NCBI GenBank assembly: GCA_050084515.1
Contig: CM114271.1
Span: 12,958,001-13,022,000, forward strand
Reading direction: 5' to 3'
DNA: 64,000 bases
Origin: Blasia pusilla
Lineage: Eukaryota
Shown here: one piece after another, positions 35,861-49,053 of the stretch
Position numbering within the stretch: the first letter of the stretch is position 1
Layout of the letters: each line of letters starts with the position of its first letter
Notes under the pieces: model-generated
Database searches by the model: none
The model's input: the letters and a program-made list of their open reading frames with translations, nothing else
Told to the model about the DNA's origin: nothing
Made by a program: the position numbers and the translations under genes

Positions 35861-38800
35861 GAAACTAATACCGGGAAGGATTTGCATGCATTAGGAGGAT
35901 CATAGAGGATCATGTAAATTTCTTACCGTAGTTGGTGTTTTCGATGATGGCGTCTGCTTGGATCAACTCTCCAGCACTTCGTCCTCCTTCTTTCCCTCGG
36001 GAATGAGCATCGATAGTCCAAATGATTTTCCACCAATCAACGATGACAGCTTCGCAAACGGATACTTAGATTATCGTCCCACTCAAAAGCATAATTTTTT
36101 TTCATATCGAGCTTCCTAAATTGAACTTACAATATTTTCTCCCAACAGTGTGAGGATAGTTCTGGCGGAATATCTTGCCAAACCAGGAGTAGCTAGAGCA
36201 CTTGTATTCCTTTAAAAAATTGAGGGTTCAATACATCAAGAAATGTCACCCTTTCAAAAGTTGGGGGAGCCAATCCCTCACCCTCATCCCTCTCCGCGAC
36301 TCCATCGTCCTGAGCCATAGACCAACCAAAATCAATAATGGTCCTACTTGAGTCGAATAGGAGTGCAAAGAGAAACAAACGTCTGGCATGATTCAAGGCA
36401 CAAAATCCTGGAGCTTACTTCTGATTCGTAATCATCTTTTGACTCTACTTCCATGTCCGGGTCCTTTGCTCCTTTGCGATTCCGGGCATCTGCCTGTTTT
36501 TTGCCTTTGAAAGGTGCCACCTTCCAATCTGGTTAGGACTTCACTCTAGGGATAGTCCTTAGAAGACAACGGTTTGCATCAACCTTGAAGAATTGATCAA
36601 ATTTTAGACGAAAGTCCGACAATGTCACCCCATCCACTTGCGGACAGAATGCTTGGAAATTGATGCCCAAAACTTGTAACGATACCAGCTCAGGGAGTAA
36701 GTACATGTCTTTGAATAAAAACTTAAGCCAAATGCATGTTATCATGATCGGAACTTAGATTCCGAGAGAAATTCACCACTAGAGCCACCAGTACGCAGTG
36801 ACATGGATTTACCACAATGGAATTCTTCCGCACTCCCACCTTTGACAAGCCGGAGAAAATCTCCACGAGGTTACCCATTCGAAACTCGTTCTCTTCGAGG
36901 GTCGGAAGGAATCTATACTCCTCGTTGATCGTATCTCTTGTATCGAAGAGGGAGGCGGGAAGAACTTTTCCGCCAAGTACTCTGTTTACAGCAACAAGTT
37001 GTTCATCCAGAGTGGACTCATCAAAACTTTGCAAACCTGAAGGGCTACAAGGCTGGAGCACTACCACGTCCAAGATGCTACCACGTCTCAATCCTTACCA
37101 TGTTGGAAAGGCTACTACATTAGAAACGTTACTGCATCTGAACGGACCGTTTCAACATTTGAAGGGGTACTACGTTCAAACCATTAGGAGGTTAGGCTTC
37201 TCACGGCTTGCAATAAGATCTTGAGTCCATACTTGAATAAACATGGCAGATCATAATCTGTGTGGTTCCCACATGTAGATCTTAACATACTAACCCTTAC
37301 GTCCGTTATCCAAACGGCACGAGCCAATCCCTTTAATGAAAGTAAATACATTGTTAGGAAGAAACCCAAGCGTTAGAGGCCAAGTATTACGGCCTTTGAT
37401 GTTCCTCCTTCTCCTTGTCCCTCCACCATTATCTATTTTTTTAAGATGGGACTAAAGGAGACAAGTTTAGACTACAAACGCAGTAGATATATATGTAGAC
37501 CCGTGACCTAACTCCTCAAAAAGCATGGCTAGCTAGCTGCAAAATGCATTCACAACTTGAACGCAATAAGGCGGTTGTAGGCCTTAGTGCCGTAATTGCA
37601 CTGTGACAACCTCACTCGAATCATCCAAAGCTCCTGCTCAGTTCCGATTCTTAGTTACTCTTAACCAACCGAAGCTGGCTTCCGTCAGTCTAGAATACTT
37701 AAGAATTGGAACTATAGATCTAGTTAAACAAAAAAAAATTGAATCCAATTCCCTAAACCAATTTTTTCCGTCCTCCATTCAGAACTAAAACGCTGTCGTG
37801 GCAAGAGTCTTTCTTCGAGTAAGGGCAGGCCTTCTAGCTGCGGCAGACGCGGTCGATGCAAGATGAACTCTCTGAGAAGATCTCTTTTTTCAATATAAAA
37901 TTATTATGTGTACTCTCCATTCTCTCACGACACGTATCACAAATGGAAGTGCTGAGGCGATCACTTCTTCGTAATATCGGACCCCAAAATTCCTAACTAT
38001 AAAATCCCTATAAACTATTTTATGCTTGTGTACGAGGAAGATAGCACAACTAGTGTTAAATACCACTTGAGCAGGCCTATTGACGTCTATGGATCGTTAT
38101 ATAAGGACATACAAAGTACAATCCCATGTCCTTCTATATGTGATGATAGGAAGGATCACCGGAGTTGGAGATTGAATGACCTGGTTCATGAACGCCTCCC
38201 CAAAGTGATAAACTAAATAGCGAGTGAACCAGTGCCTATCTACAAAGAGTATCTTGATATGGTATGGATTAAGGAAAGGAAAGTCGGGCACAACTCGTGC
38301 TCCACCCCTATCCATGCTTTACAGACATTCTCTACTCTCCTCAAGAATGGGTTTTGGCGGAGTTATTCTCTCAAGAGGGGTAATCCACTCTCATTGGGGA
38401 AGTAACAAGCCAAAACATTCACTATTTTAGTATGACTAAACTCCTCTAAGGTGACAAACCTCTCATCTCCACACACACACCACACTCTAGAAACCTCTCA
38501 AAGAATAGACCATGGTCAAGTTACTCTCCCAAGAGGGGTGATCCACTCTCATTGGAAGAGCAAGCAATCACAAAACCATACACTCAAGAGTGACACGAAA
38601 GACTCAAGATGTAGAATAGAAGGTGATGAATCCTTGAAGGTTCTCCTCTTTATATTCTCACAAGAGATCAAGAGTACAAAATAGAGCTAATCTTATCTTG
38701 TGCCACATGGATTGGCTAAGCCTTGAGAATTAGAACTTTGGATCCAATTCCAGAAATGCAAACTCATTCCAACCCAATTAGCAAATGAAACTCTAGTTCC

Positions 38801-39149
38801 AAAAGAACAAGTTGGCTTTGGTCGGTCGGGAGTACAAAAGAATCGGAACTACAGATCTAGTTAAACAAGCAATAACTGAATCCAATTCCCTAAATTTTTG
38901 TAACTCTACATGTAGGGTGTGAATCGGAAGTGTATTTGCAAACCCTAAAATCTAAACACTAACATGCACAATACTTCTAGAAATGATAGAACGACCAAAA
39001 TACCTTGACGAAAGGCACTAAGGAATCTAGCTCTACATGATATCTCCTGCCCCACAATAAAAGCCATACATTCAATTGCACTAAAAGTATGTATCTAGGC
39101 TTAGTTTGATAGCTTTAAATCCATAAATGAATGGATACCTAAACCCGTG

Positions 39150-42100
39150 CTTTCTGAACTAGAGTTCCCAAATCCAATCGTTGGCCTTTATGCTTGCTAC
39201 CTCACAATGGGAACTATAGATCCACTTCTTGAAAAGAGAAGGAGGATCAATCGGAACTTAGGTTCTGATTCCAGACACGACAATTGAGCCCAAACGGTTT
39301 CTTTCAAAATTGTAGTTCCCAAATGAGATCGTGGGCCTCCTTATTGGATTCCTTACTATCAGAACTAGAGATCCAATTCTTGAAATGAGAAGGAGAATCA
39401 ATTGGAACTCAGGTTCCGGTTCCTCACACGACAACTGAACCTAAACAAGGGCGTTCAGGTCTGTAGTTCCTAAACAAGATTGCAGGCCTCCTCCCCGACT
39501 TCCACACCATCGGAACTAGAGAAGGAGGATGAATCGGAACTCAGGTTCCAGTTCCACACACGAGGACTGAGCCCGAACGGGTACTTTTGGAAGTGTAGTT
39601 CCCAAATGAGATTGTCGTCCTCCTTTCCGGCTTCCTTACCATCAAAACCCTATATCTAGTCTCAAAATGAGAAGGAGGATCAATCGAACCTCAGGTTCTG
39701 GTTCCAAAGATGGGAGTCCCCACCTAAACGAGGCCTTTCGGAACTGTAGTTCCCAAATCAAATCGCTGGCCTCCTTGTCGGATTCCTCACTATCAACACT
39801 AGAGATCCACTATTCGAAATGAGAATCATAATCAATCGGAAGACAATTAGATACGGGAGTCCCTACCTAAATGGGGGCTTTCTAAACCACCAACTCCCAA
39901 ATCAAATCACCAGCCACTTTCCTTACTAACCCACTATCGGATCTCTACTTTCGGTTCCCGAAATGAGAAGAAGGATCAATGGGAACACAAGTTCCGGTTC
40001 CAAACTCGACAACTGAGCCCGAACGGCTGCTTTCGGAACTATAGTTTCCAAATAAAATCTTCAGCCTCCTTATTGGATATCTCAATATGGGCACTAGAGA
40101 TCCTGTTCTTCAAATGAGAAGCAGGATCAATCAGAACACAGTTTCCGGTTCTAGATGCGGGAGTCCCTACCTAAACAAGGGCTTTCGGAACTCTAGTTCC
40201 CAAATCAAATAACGGGCCTCTTTCCTTACTACCTCACCATTGGAACTATAGTTCCAATTCTCGAAATGAGAAGGATGATGAATTGCAACTCAGGTTCCGA
40301 TTCTAGACTCGACAATTGAGCCCAAACAGCTGCTTTCAAAACTAGAGATCTAGTTCTCAAATGAGATCGCGGCCCTCCTTATCGGATTCCTCACTATCAG
40401 AAGTAGAGATCCTGTTCTTGAAATGAGAATGAGGATGAATCAAAAATCACGTTTCGATTCTTCTAACAAGAACTGAGCCCGAATGGCTCCTTTCGGAACT
40501 CTAGTTCCCAAATGAGTTTGCCGTCCTCCTTCCCGGCATCCTCACCATCAGAACTCTCCATCGAGTTCTCGAAACTAGACGGAGGATCAATCGAAACTCA
40601 GGTTCCGGTTCCATAGACGAGAGTCCATCACTGAATGAGGTCTTTTGGAACTCTAGTTCCCAAATCAAATCGTCGGCCTCTTTCCTTCCTACCTCACCAT
40701 TGGAACTCTAGAATCATCCAGTTCTCGAAATCATAAGGATGATCAATCGAGACTCAGGTTTTGGTTCCAGAGACAAGAGCACCAACCTAAACAAGGGCTT
40801 TCGGAATTGTAGTTCCCAAATCAAATTTCTAGCCCCTTTCCTTACTACCTCACCATCGGAACTCTAGTTCCAGTTTCTGAAATGAGAAGAAGGATCAATC
40901 GGAACTCAGGTTTGGGTTCAAGAGAAGGGAGTCCCTACCTTAACCATGGTTGTCAGAATCGTAGTTCCTAAATCAAATCTCCGGCCTCTTTCCCTACTAC
41001 CTCACCATCAAAGTGAGAAGGAGGATCAATTGGAACTCAGGTTCCGGTTCTAGCCTCGAAAATTGAGCCCGAACGGCTGCTTTTGGAAATGTAGTTCCCA
41101 AATGAGATCGCGGGCATCCTTCCTTGCAATTGGCACTAGAGATCCCATTCTCAAAATGAGAAGCAGGATCAATCGAAACTCAAGTTCCACTTCCGAACAT
41201 GACAACTGAGCCCAAACGGGTATGTTTGGAGCTATACTTCACAAGTTTATATTGCAGGCCTCCTTCTCGACTTCCCGCAAGGAGTACCCTTGCCGTTAGC
41301 ACCTTTCTTAGTACTTCTTGAGCTACACCATTGGAACTAGAGATCCACTTCTTGAAATGAGAAGGAGGATGAATCAGAAGTCAGGTTCTAGTTCCATAGA
41401 CGAAAGTCCATCTCTGAATTTCCCAAATGAATTCCCTGTCCTCCTTCCCAACTTCCTCACGATTGGAACTCTACATCCAGTTCTTGAAATTAGAGGGAAG
41501 AGCAATTGGAACTCAAGTTCCGGTTCCAGAGACGGGAGTCCCTACCTAAACCAGGGATTTTCAGACTATAGTTCCCAAATCAGATCGCCGGCCTCTTTCC
41601 TTACTATCTCACCATCGGAACTCTAGTTCCAGTTCTTGAAATGAGAAGGAGGATCAATCAAAACTCAGGTTCCGGTTCTAGAGACGGGAGTCCCTACCTC
41701 AACCAGGGCTATCGGAATTGTAGTTCCCAAATCAAATTTCTGGCCTCTTTCCTTGCTGCCTTACCATCGAAGTGAGAAGGAGGATCAATTGGAACTCACG
41801 TTCTGGGTGCAAAGACGGGAGTCCCTACCTAAACCATGGCTTTTGGAACTCTAGTTCCCATATCAAATTTCCGACCTCTTTCTTTACTACCTCACCATCA
41901 AAACTCTAGTTCCAGTTCTCAAAATGAGAAGGAGGATGAATCGGAACTTAGGTTCCGGTTCCACACACGACAAGTGAGCCCGAATGGCTGCTTTTGGAAC
42001 TGTAGTTTCCAAATGAGATCACGGGCCTCCTCATCGGATTCTTTGCTATCGGGACTAGAGATTTAGTTCTCGAAATGAAAAGGAGGATCAATCGAAACTC

Positions 42101-42330
42101 GGGTTCTAGCTCCTGACACTAACCCTAAGCCCAAACGGGGGCATTCAGAATTGTAGTTTCCAAAAGAGATCGCAAGCATCCTTCCCGGCTTCCTCACCAT
42201 CGAAAGTAGAGATCCAATTCTCAAAATGAGAACAAGGATCAATCAGAACTGCCATTCCGGTTCGAGAAACGATAAGGGAGCCCTAAACAAGAGCATACGG
42301 AACTGAAGTTTCCAAATCAAATCGTTGGAA
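39150..42330. repeat. Tandem array 2: ~151-bp unit, ~20 diverged copies, three quasi-palindromes per unit
   Basis: The anchor GAAATGAGAAGGAGGATCAATCGGAACTCAGGTTCC recurs (e.g. ~39231, 39382, 39960, 40112, 40263, 41921, 42072, 42223). Units also carry GGAACTCTAGTTCC and GGAACTAGAGATCC. Confidence 0.95.
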
Positions 42331-42946
42331 CTGTTCCCTCCAATGCTAGAAATGAGAACGAGAACCTACGCCAAGTAGTAAGGTGTAGGTTCTTATTCTC
42401 ATTGGACTCCATTTCCATTTTCTATCATGCCGCAATTGACATCAGAATGAACTCCTATTGAACTCCACCGTGCACCAGATCGACAACAATACAAGTGTTG
42501 CATTCGGAAGGAGAAGAAAAAAAACCTCACAATGGTATTTCCGCGTTAACCTACAAAGATCAACAATCGGGCGCTCACATTCTTCCCTCACTTGCAGAGC
42601 AAGCGCTTTGCTCCTCCGGTGCAGAGAGATCAATAGCAAAAAAATGATATGGGAAAATGTTGCTACTTATACTTGTCATTCATGATAGACTCGATGTTTG
42701 CCTAGCAGTCCAGATTAGATCCATGCCAACACACCTACGTCACTTAACTTAGTACTCGCATCAATTTCAAAATTCAAATTTGGACGTCACAGATTCAAGA
42801 TATCATTCGTGTCACGAGAAGATATCGCGCATTAGATCAAAACCGCATATGTCAAAATCATCCGAGCCACTCCTTGATTAGTTATGAAAAACCAATGGCT
42901 GAGATTGACAAAAGGGCACGGATCGATCACCTCAAACAGACTTCAA

Positions 42947-43025
42947 TTGGAATCCTATATAATCCTAGCTCATTCCCTTAGAATGGTTTTCTAATGGAGT
43001 GAGCGAGGATTATATAGGATTCCAA
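42947..43025. repeat. 79-nt near-perfect inverted repeat (hairpin)
   Basis: TTGGAATCCTATATAATCCTAGCTCATTCCCTTAGAA / TTCTAATGGAGTGAGCGAGGATTATATAGGATTCCAA; 37-bp arms with 3 mismatches. Confidence 0.92.
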
Positions 43026-43060
43026 CCCAACCTCACAAGCCTAATCTCCCAACGTCCTTT

Positions 43061-43480
43061 GTCCCTCCCCAACCGTTCTCTTCAATCCATAAGGGCGCTA
43101 TACCACATGATCACAATTGTAACCATAGTCTAGAGACGTCAAGCCTTCACATATCATAAGCTTATGAATAGAACCTCAGGACGGGCTCTACACATAAGTC
43201 CTCTATTTTTTCCTCTTCTGGGCCATCTGTCCTTTCATAATCCATTCCACTTAGGGTCTCTACCCACACACATTGGTAAAATAACGAGGGCCTCCGCTAG
43301 TCCAACAAATCAATTTGTGACTTCAAATCTTGCTTCATTATTATCGCTTGATAAACAAATCGCCGTGATATAGAGTCGAATTACCTTCAAATAATCGTGT
43401 AAGTGTGATGCAAACTTCGTAATTTCTGATTTCTAGTTCTATTTTTGGAATAGCTTTATAGAGATGACCATAATACTGGA
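43061..43480. repeat. Dispersed repeat, copy 2 (copy 1 at 26100-26510)
   Basis: Colinear similarity as described for copy 1. Confidence 0.85.
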
Positions 43481-43609
43481 CAAATACCAAGGGTATTTTT
43501 CCGATTGATACTATACATCCAAATATGTCGAGGTGACGTCCACCTTAGAAAGTCAATTGAGAGTTTGGCAGCCAAGTGGCAAGTTAACCATCTTTGACTT
43601 ACGCCGAAA

Positions 43610-44595
43610 GATTCCTAATGTTCTTTCGAATGGGATCTTAAGATCTGCTAGAAGATCACCAAAGTTCCAATCGGACTTGCCCTTCCTCATCCCAATTGGA
43701 TCTTAAGGTCCAATTCACCCACTGTCCAGTGACCCTTCAATCGAATCTTAAGATCCGAATCAAGGACATTCGGCTCGTTGGAAGGTCATTCGGAACTATA
43801 GTTCCCAATCACCTCCAAGTGAGAGAATGTTGGCCTTCGGGCTCAAAAACTCTCTCCTTTATTTACTAGGAACATTCAGAACTATAGTTCCATTTGGAGA
43901 ACTACGCTAGAGGCTGACGCTTTTCTCAGCTTAAGAGTGGACCTTAAGATCCACCCTTCCCTACGGGATCTTAAGATCCAATTCACCCTTTGTCCTGCGA
44001 CGCTCATATCGGATCTTAAGATCCGGTTCATGGTCATTCGGGCATCCGCATGCCTGCCGACAAACAGTCCACATTTCTTCTTACCAAATACCCCACGATT
44101 CACAGAATCGCGATAGATGCGCAAAGGAGTTTTTTTCAACTCCTTGATGACTTCATAAGGGGAATGGCTCCTCGCAGCCATCACAACCAAAGTTTCAATC
44201 AGACTTATCCTTCCTCATCCCGATTGGATCTTAAGGTACAATTCACCCACGGTCCAGTGATCCTTCCATCAGATCTTAAGATCCGAATCTATGACATTCA
44301 GCCCTCCACGTGCCTACCAGTGGAACCTTCTAATATTGCTGGAAGTTGTCCGTTCCCGTCTCGCGTAGAGGGAACGATGTTATTTCAAATGGGATCTCAA
44401 CTTCCGTTGGAAGGTCATTCAGAACTACAATTCCCAATCACCTTCTGGTGAGAGAATATAGGCGCAAAGCAGGTTATGTTGAACTTTCTGCTGACTTTAT
44501 TATGTGGATGGCACATCTCCACATTCGGAACCAGAGTTCCAATCAGACACACCCTCCAGGTTGCCACTCTTCTTGAATGGATCTTAAGGTCCAAT
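43610..44595. repeat. Irregular array 3 of the same palindrome family
   Basis: Repeated GGATCTTAAGATCC / GGATCTTAAGGTCC / GGAACTATAGTTCC, plus duplicated blocks such as CCTTCCTCATCC..TTGGATCTTAAGGT.CAATTCACCCAC and CGTTGGAAGGTCATTC. Confidence 0.85.
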
Positions 44596-44699
44596 TTGCC
44601 CTGTGCAATAGTATGATTATAGTTCTATCCCACTTTCCATTTGGTGTATGGCTAACAATTAATTTCCGCTTCGATGTTATGGTGCAGATTCCATATTGA

Positions 44700-45560
44700 T
44701 GCAATGGAATTCTGCATCAATGATGTAGTGTATCTAGAGGATGGATCATCCATCTCTGTTGGAAGAGTTAGAATTGTGGATGCCAATTCTGAGAGAATAT
44801 TCCACAACATACCACTTGGTAAGGACTCCTTGTACATGTCTCTGGAGGAAGTCTTCGGAAGTTCAGCAAGCACTTAATATGAAGAACCTCTGTCCGATTT
44901 CATCAGAGCATTCATCACATAGTGTAATGGAGTTACAACAACTAATACATGTGGTGGACGTGAGGATGAGGAAGGAGAGCCTCATTGCCCCACATAGTAT
45001 TCAAAGAAAGTTTTCTTAAAAGTTTGAAGGAATCAAAGCTTCTTATTGGTTCAGGGCGTGTTTCCGAAAGCTTTGATTCACATGAGATCCAACATATGTC
45101 CTTCTTTGACGACCAACGGCAACCGTGGATATGCATAATAGTTGATGAGTCATACTACGAACAAGCTACCCACCCGGATAGAAGAAGGCTACAAGATATG
45201 TTGGGAATGTTTGCAAAATATCCCAGATATCTAATTATAGAATAATACAATGAAACCATGGATATTAGGAAGAGGAAGCACTCAGCCTGCAATACCTCCA
45301 CCAATGTACAAGTTGCGGTTCCCATGATTGGTCGTATGGAATCAGTCCTTTTACTGGTGCAACTTACAGAGAACAATGGATGTCTAAATATTGGAGAGGG
45401 AATTGTTCACTACGTCAATCCAAACGACAAAGTTGGTGTTCAAAGACTAGTGGATCACCATATTGGCATATTCATTACCAACATCATGAGTCGTCTTACA
45501 TGCCACAAGGTTCTTGAAAGGAACTTAGTCAAATGGCCTATGGCATCTTGCATTATTAAA
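44700..45560 (+). pseudogene. Three short TNP1/TnpA-C-terminal-like beta domains upstream of, and at the N-terminus of, the transposase
   Basis: SVGRVRIVD..IFHNIPLGKDSLYMSLEEV; LIGSGRV..WICIIVDE..GMFAKYP; IGEGIVHYVNP..IGIFIT..LVKWP. These resemble the CACTA terminal exon at 20545-20760. Confidence 0.4.
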
Positions 45561-48245
45561 GATGGACGAGACTTGTGGACATGCTACTTGGAGTGTTCAA
45601 CCGTGTCCCGAGGGACCATTGAAGCAATAACAGGCAAGAGGAAGAGAGCTTACATGCAAACTTATCGGTGTAAAAAGAGATGTCTACCACGAGCTACCAA
45701 AACGAACAAAAAACTAATAGAGGAAGATATATCACAAGTGGTGTTGAAAAAATATTGCGAACAATTATGTTGCCAATATACACCGAGAGATGTTGTTCGT
45801 TCAAGCAGAGAGAAGTCTTGGAACAAATCCTTTCAAGAAAGAAGGGAATCACTCCACGCCATGGTCCATTCGTCTTCCTTCATTGACGGACAAAAGGTTG
45901 TGCAATTGGAAGGTAGAATGGTGTGGCGTCCACTTTGGAAACAGATCCATGGTCTTGGAAAAAAAAGCTTCGAGGACGAAGTAAGAAATGTCAAAGATGG
46001 CAAGATACCGACGTGGCATGGGAACCTCGGAAGAAATTGCATAACCTAGAGGACGGCGTGAGCGGTGGAAACAATCAAGCTGATAATTGAGGAGACTAGA
46101 GATCAGATGCCCCACAAGGAAAGAACAATGTTAGATAGAAGAAGAGAGGAATTGATTCGTTTGCCTCAATTTTTCTCCTCGAAGTATATACGAGAAGTAG
46201 TCAATAAGGAAGGAGAGAAATTAGGATTAGCGAGAGTCTCACAATCAACTATCAGTCAAATCAAAAAACAATATTTCTCCAATGTTTCTATTCACAAATC
46301 ACATGATAACTTTTCTCGTTGTGCCACATGTGCAATGTTGAAGTCTCTGGGAAATATTGCATCAACAAAGGAGGAGAAGGCTGTTGTTAAGGAATGGGCA
46401 TTCAAACATGATGACTTACAAAGGTCTCAAAGGATTTTATATTACACTTGGCAAGCAGAATCCGTGCGCCATCCTCAGTCTTATCTTTGCCTAATCCACA
46501 AAAAAATGGATAGTTTCAAAATAGGTTTGCCAAGAGCGTGGCAACAAACCAGAGATTTGGCTTTGGCTCAACCGTTTCTCGTTACTTGTACAATTAAATA
46601 TTACGGAATAACACTCCATTATACTAGAAAATGATTTAGGATACAGGTAAGAGTTAGCAAGTTCGTAGGGCTATCTTGATTTTGTTCACATAATAAGACT
46701 TAAGTTCCCATTTTTAATCCACACCCAAACTGTTTCCTAAGGAGAATGAGATCGGTCTATTCCTGATCCATTAATCGGAACAAAAGTTTTCATAGGGCGT
46801 TACATTTCTTGCCTAATGGAACTTGCGGACGCATGTGGTACTTGCAGCAGGTACCTAATTTGGAGAAATGGTACCTTCTTTAGATACTTGAATATTAAGT
46901 TGAATTAACTTTTACTCACTCTATTTCTTATTACAAGTATCTTGACTCATGGGCATGGACCGTGTGCAATTGCTCAATTTGACATAGGAGTTTACAAGCA
47001 AGGATCTAATTAGACAATTGGATCATTGTCAAAGTTTTTTCGGAGTTTGGAAAACCCCGTGGTGAAATATAGAAATTCTTGGACATGCCCGACCTAACTC
47101 CACTTCATAGTCAATTCTTAAAAGGGAGGGAAAAGCTTGATGGATTACTCCGCGCAGCCTATAGGCTCACGGAGTCTGCCAAAGAGGGACCAAGAAAGCT
47201 GCCTAAGATTCTGAATCTACAAATGGACAACTTTGGAAAAGATGACAAAAATATTTACGTTATGGCGTACTTGGCCCTTCTTGTTCACAAGGAGGTTTTG
47301 GAAGAGATTCACTTGGCTTTTCTCATCCCCGGGCACACTCACAAAGTTGTTGATGCTATGTTTGGCAAGTTCTCGGGAACTTTGCGGTGACACAATGCCT
47401 ACATCTTGAAAGATCTTGCAACACAGTTCTTTAACTCTATCTCATTGAATCCAGCATCACAAGTGGTTTAGGACATTCCCGACTTCAAGGAGTATTTGAA
47501 AGGTTTCATCGGGCCTAAGATGAAAAACTAGTGGTATGGACTGCAAAGGCCAGATCAATTCCAATTTACTAGATCTCCGGATGGTATGCCCATCATGCAT
47601 TACAAGATGTATGGTTCTCATAAAGAGTGGTTGCCGAATGAGCGTGGTTATGACGTATTTTTGCGTCATGAAATTATTGGACATCCTCTTATCCCTACTA
47701 GGAATCCAAAGCGCTTACTGCCCATATCCTTGAAGGCATTTTTCGATGTGAAGAAAGGCGTATCTCAGTACATTGAGTACTTTGATAAGATGGGAAGGAA
47801 GTCTTACAGAGGCACAAAGGTGGAGTTCCAATAACTAGCATGGCAGTAGAGGAAGACGATTGAGGAATTGGACCGATTATTTCCTCATGGAAACCTTGAG
47901 GACAAGGTTCAAAACTTGCAGTTAAATCACAAAACAACAGCAAATGAAGATTCTTCTACCAATAATAGGATCAGTTTGATAGCCCATGACATCGCTTCAT
48001 TGTTCTCTGAGACATTGGAAGATCTTTTGCCTCTAACCAAACGGAACACTCAAGTTCCTATTGTCTTTGAAATAGAATTCCTCCAAATTGAGATCACTAT
48101 TGTGGGCCCACTAGATTCAGGCCTAGAGTTGATATGTTATCAATGGAGGAAACACGAGTAGTATTGGTAGATTTCAATATTGGAGACTTTGTCATAATTA
48201 GACCAAGACAAGAAAGAAACAAATATCCCATATGGAAAAAATGGG
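45258..48245 (+). pseudogene. Sola-like DDD transposase, spliced, inactivated
   Basis: LWKQIHGL, GNLG, DQMPH, FSRCATC, H..Q..QR..Y, YLCLIHKKMD..K..LP; intron ~46588-46937; ILTHGHG, LNLQMDNFGKDDKN, AFLIPGHTHKVVDAMF, C-terminal IGDFVIIRP..YPIW. Several stops and frameshifts. Confidence 0.8.
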
Positions 48246-48777
48246 CGAAGAATAGTTAAGAAAAACCAATGTTGTGTCCACATGACTCGATTATAACATC
48301 TTTCGCTAATTCTACGTATGCAATAGAGGATGGACTAGTGAGTATCCCCATTGACGTGGCTAATTTTGTCAAGTCTAGAATAACTTATGGCACTAACCTA
48401 GTACTAGAAGATAGAGATGACTACTAGTAACAACAACAAAATTACTATAAGTTTGTGTTACAATTTAATTTGATGTTATTGACAATCATCACTTGATTTT
48501 ATAAAGATTCTTTATATTTCTACATATGGTATGTCATTGAGATTATTGAATAAAATGGTTTAAATTTGTATAAGCTTTCACAATTGGAATCGGATTCCAT
48601 GTTCTTCCATTTTAAATTTTATTGTTTGGTATCGTGCTCCAACTTGCACCATCTAGTTTAATTCATCCATTTGGACTTTAGATGAAAACCGAGTTTCCCT
48701 AAGTAAGACTACACTCTATTTCACAGTAACTCCCAAAATCTATTGATTTACAAACTTGAATGGATCATTTAATATCT

Positions 48778-49053
48778 TAAACCCTAAATCCTAGGGGACT
48801 AGTAAGCCTAAAGCCTACAACCTAAATACTAAGCCCTAGCCAAAAAATTCTATAACCCTTTCTTGAAGCCTAGACATGAAACAATAAACCCTAAACCCTA
48901 AAACATAAGCCATAAACCACAAAGCCTAGGCCAAAATCCCTAACCTTGAGCTATAGATCCCTAAGCCAAAAACTCAAGACACTAGGCCAAAAACCCTTAA
49001 CCTTAACCCCTAAGCAAAAAACCCTAAACCCTAGAACCTAATCAATAAACCCT
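48778..49053 (+). repeat. Degenerate plant telomere-like (CCCTAAA)n array, left part
   Basis: Repeated AAACCCTAAACCCTA variants. Confidence 0.9.

Larger units (their letters stand above)
31432..37428 (-). pseudogene. Large spliced cargo gene (or genes) of the giant transposon, decayed
   Basis: A run of minus-strand protein-like ORFs separated by GT-AG introns. The 33641/33381 junction is phase-compatible. Linking the upstream part (34600-37428) into the same gene is inferred. Confidence 0.55.

Noticed and set aside
37920-38700. Possible solo-LTR fragment with an internal ~36-bp direct repeat (38362-38397 / 38520-38555)
   Set aside because: No TG..CA boundaries or TSD could be established.
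39150-42330. CRISPR-like reading of the palindrome-spacer arrays
   Set aside because: The spacers are themselves repeated from unit to unit, the context is eukaryotic, and there are no cas genes; these are tandem repeats.
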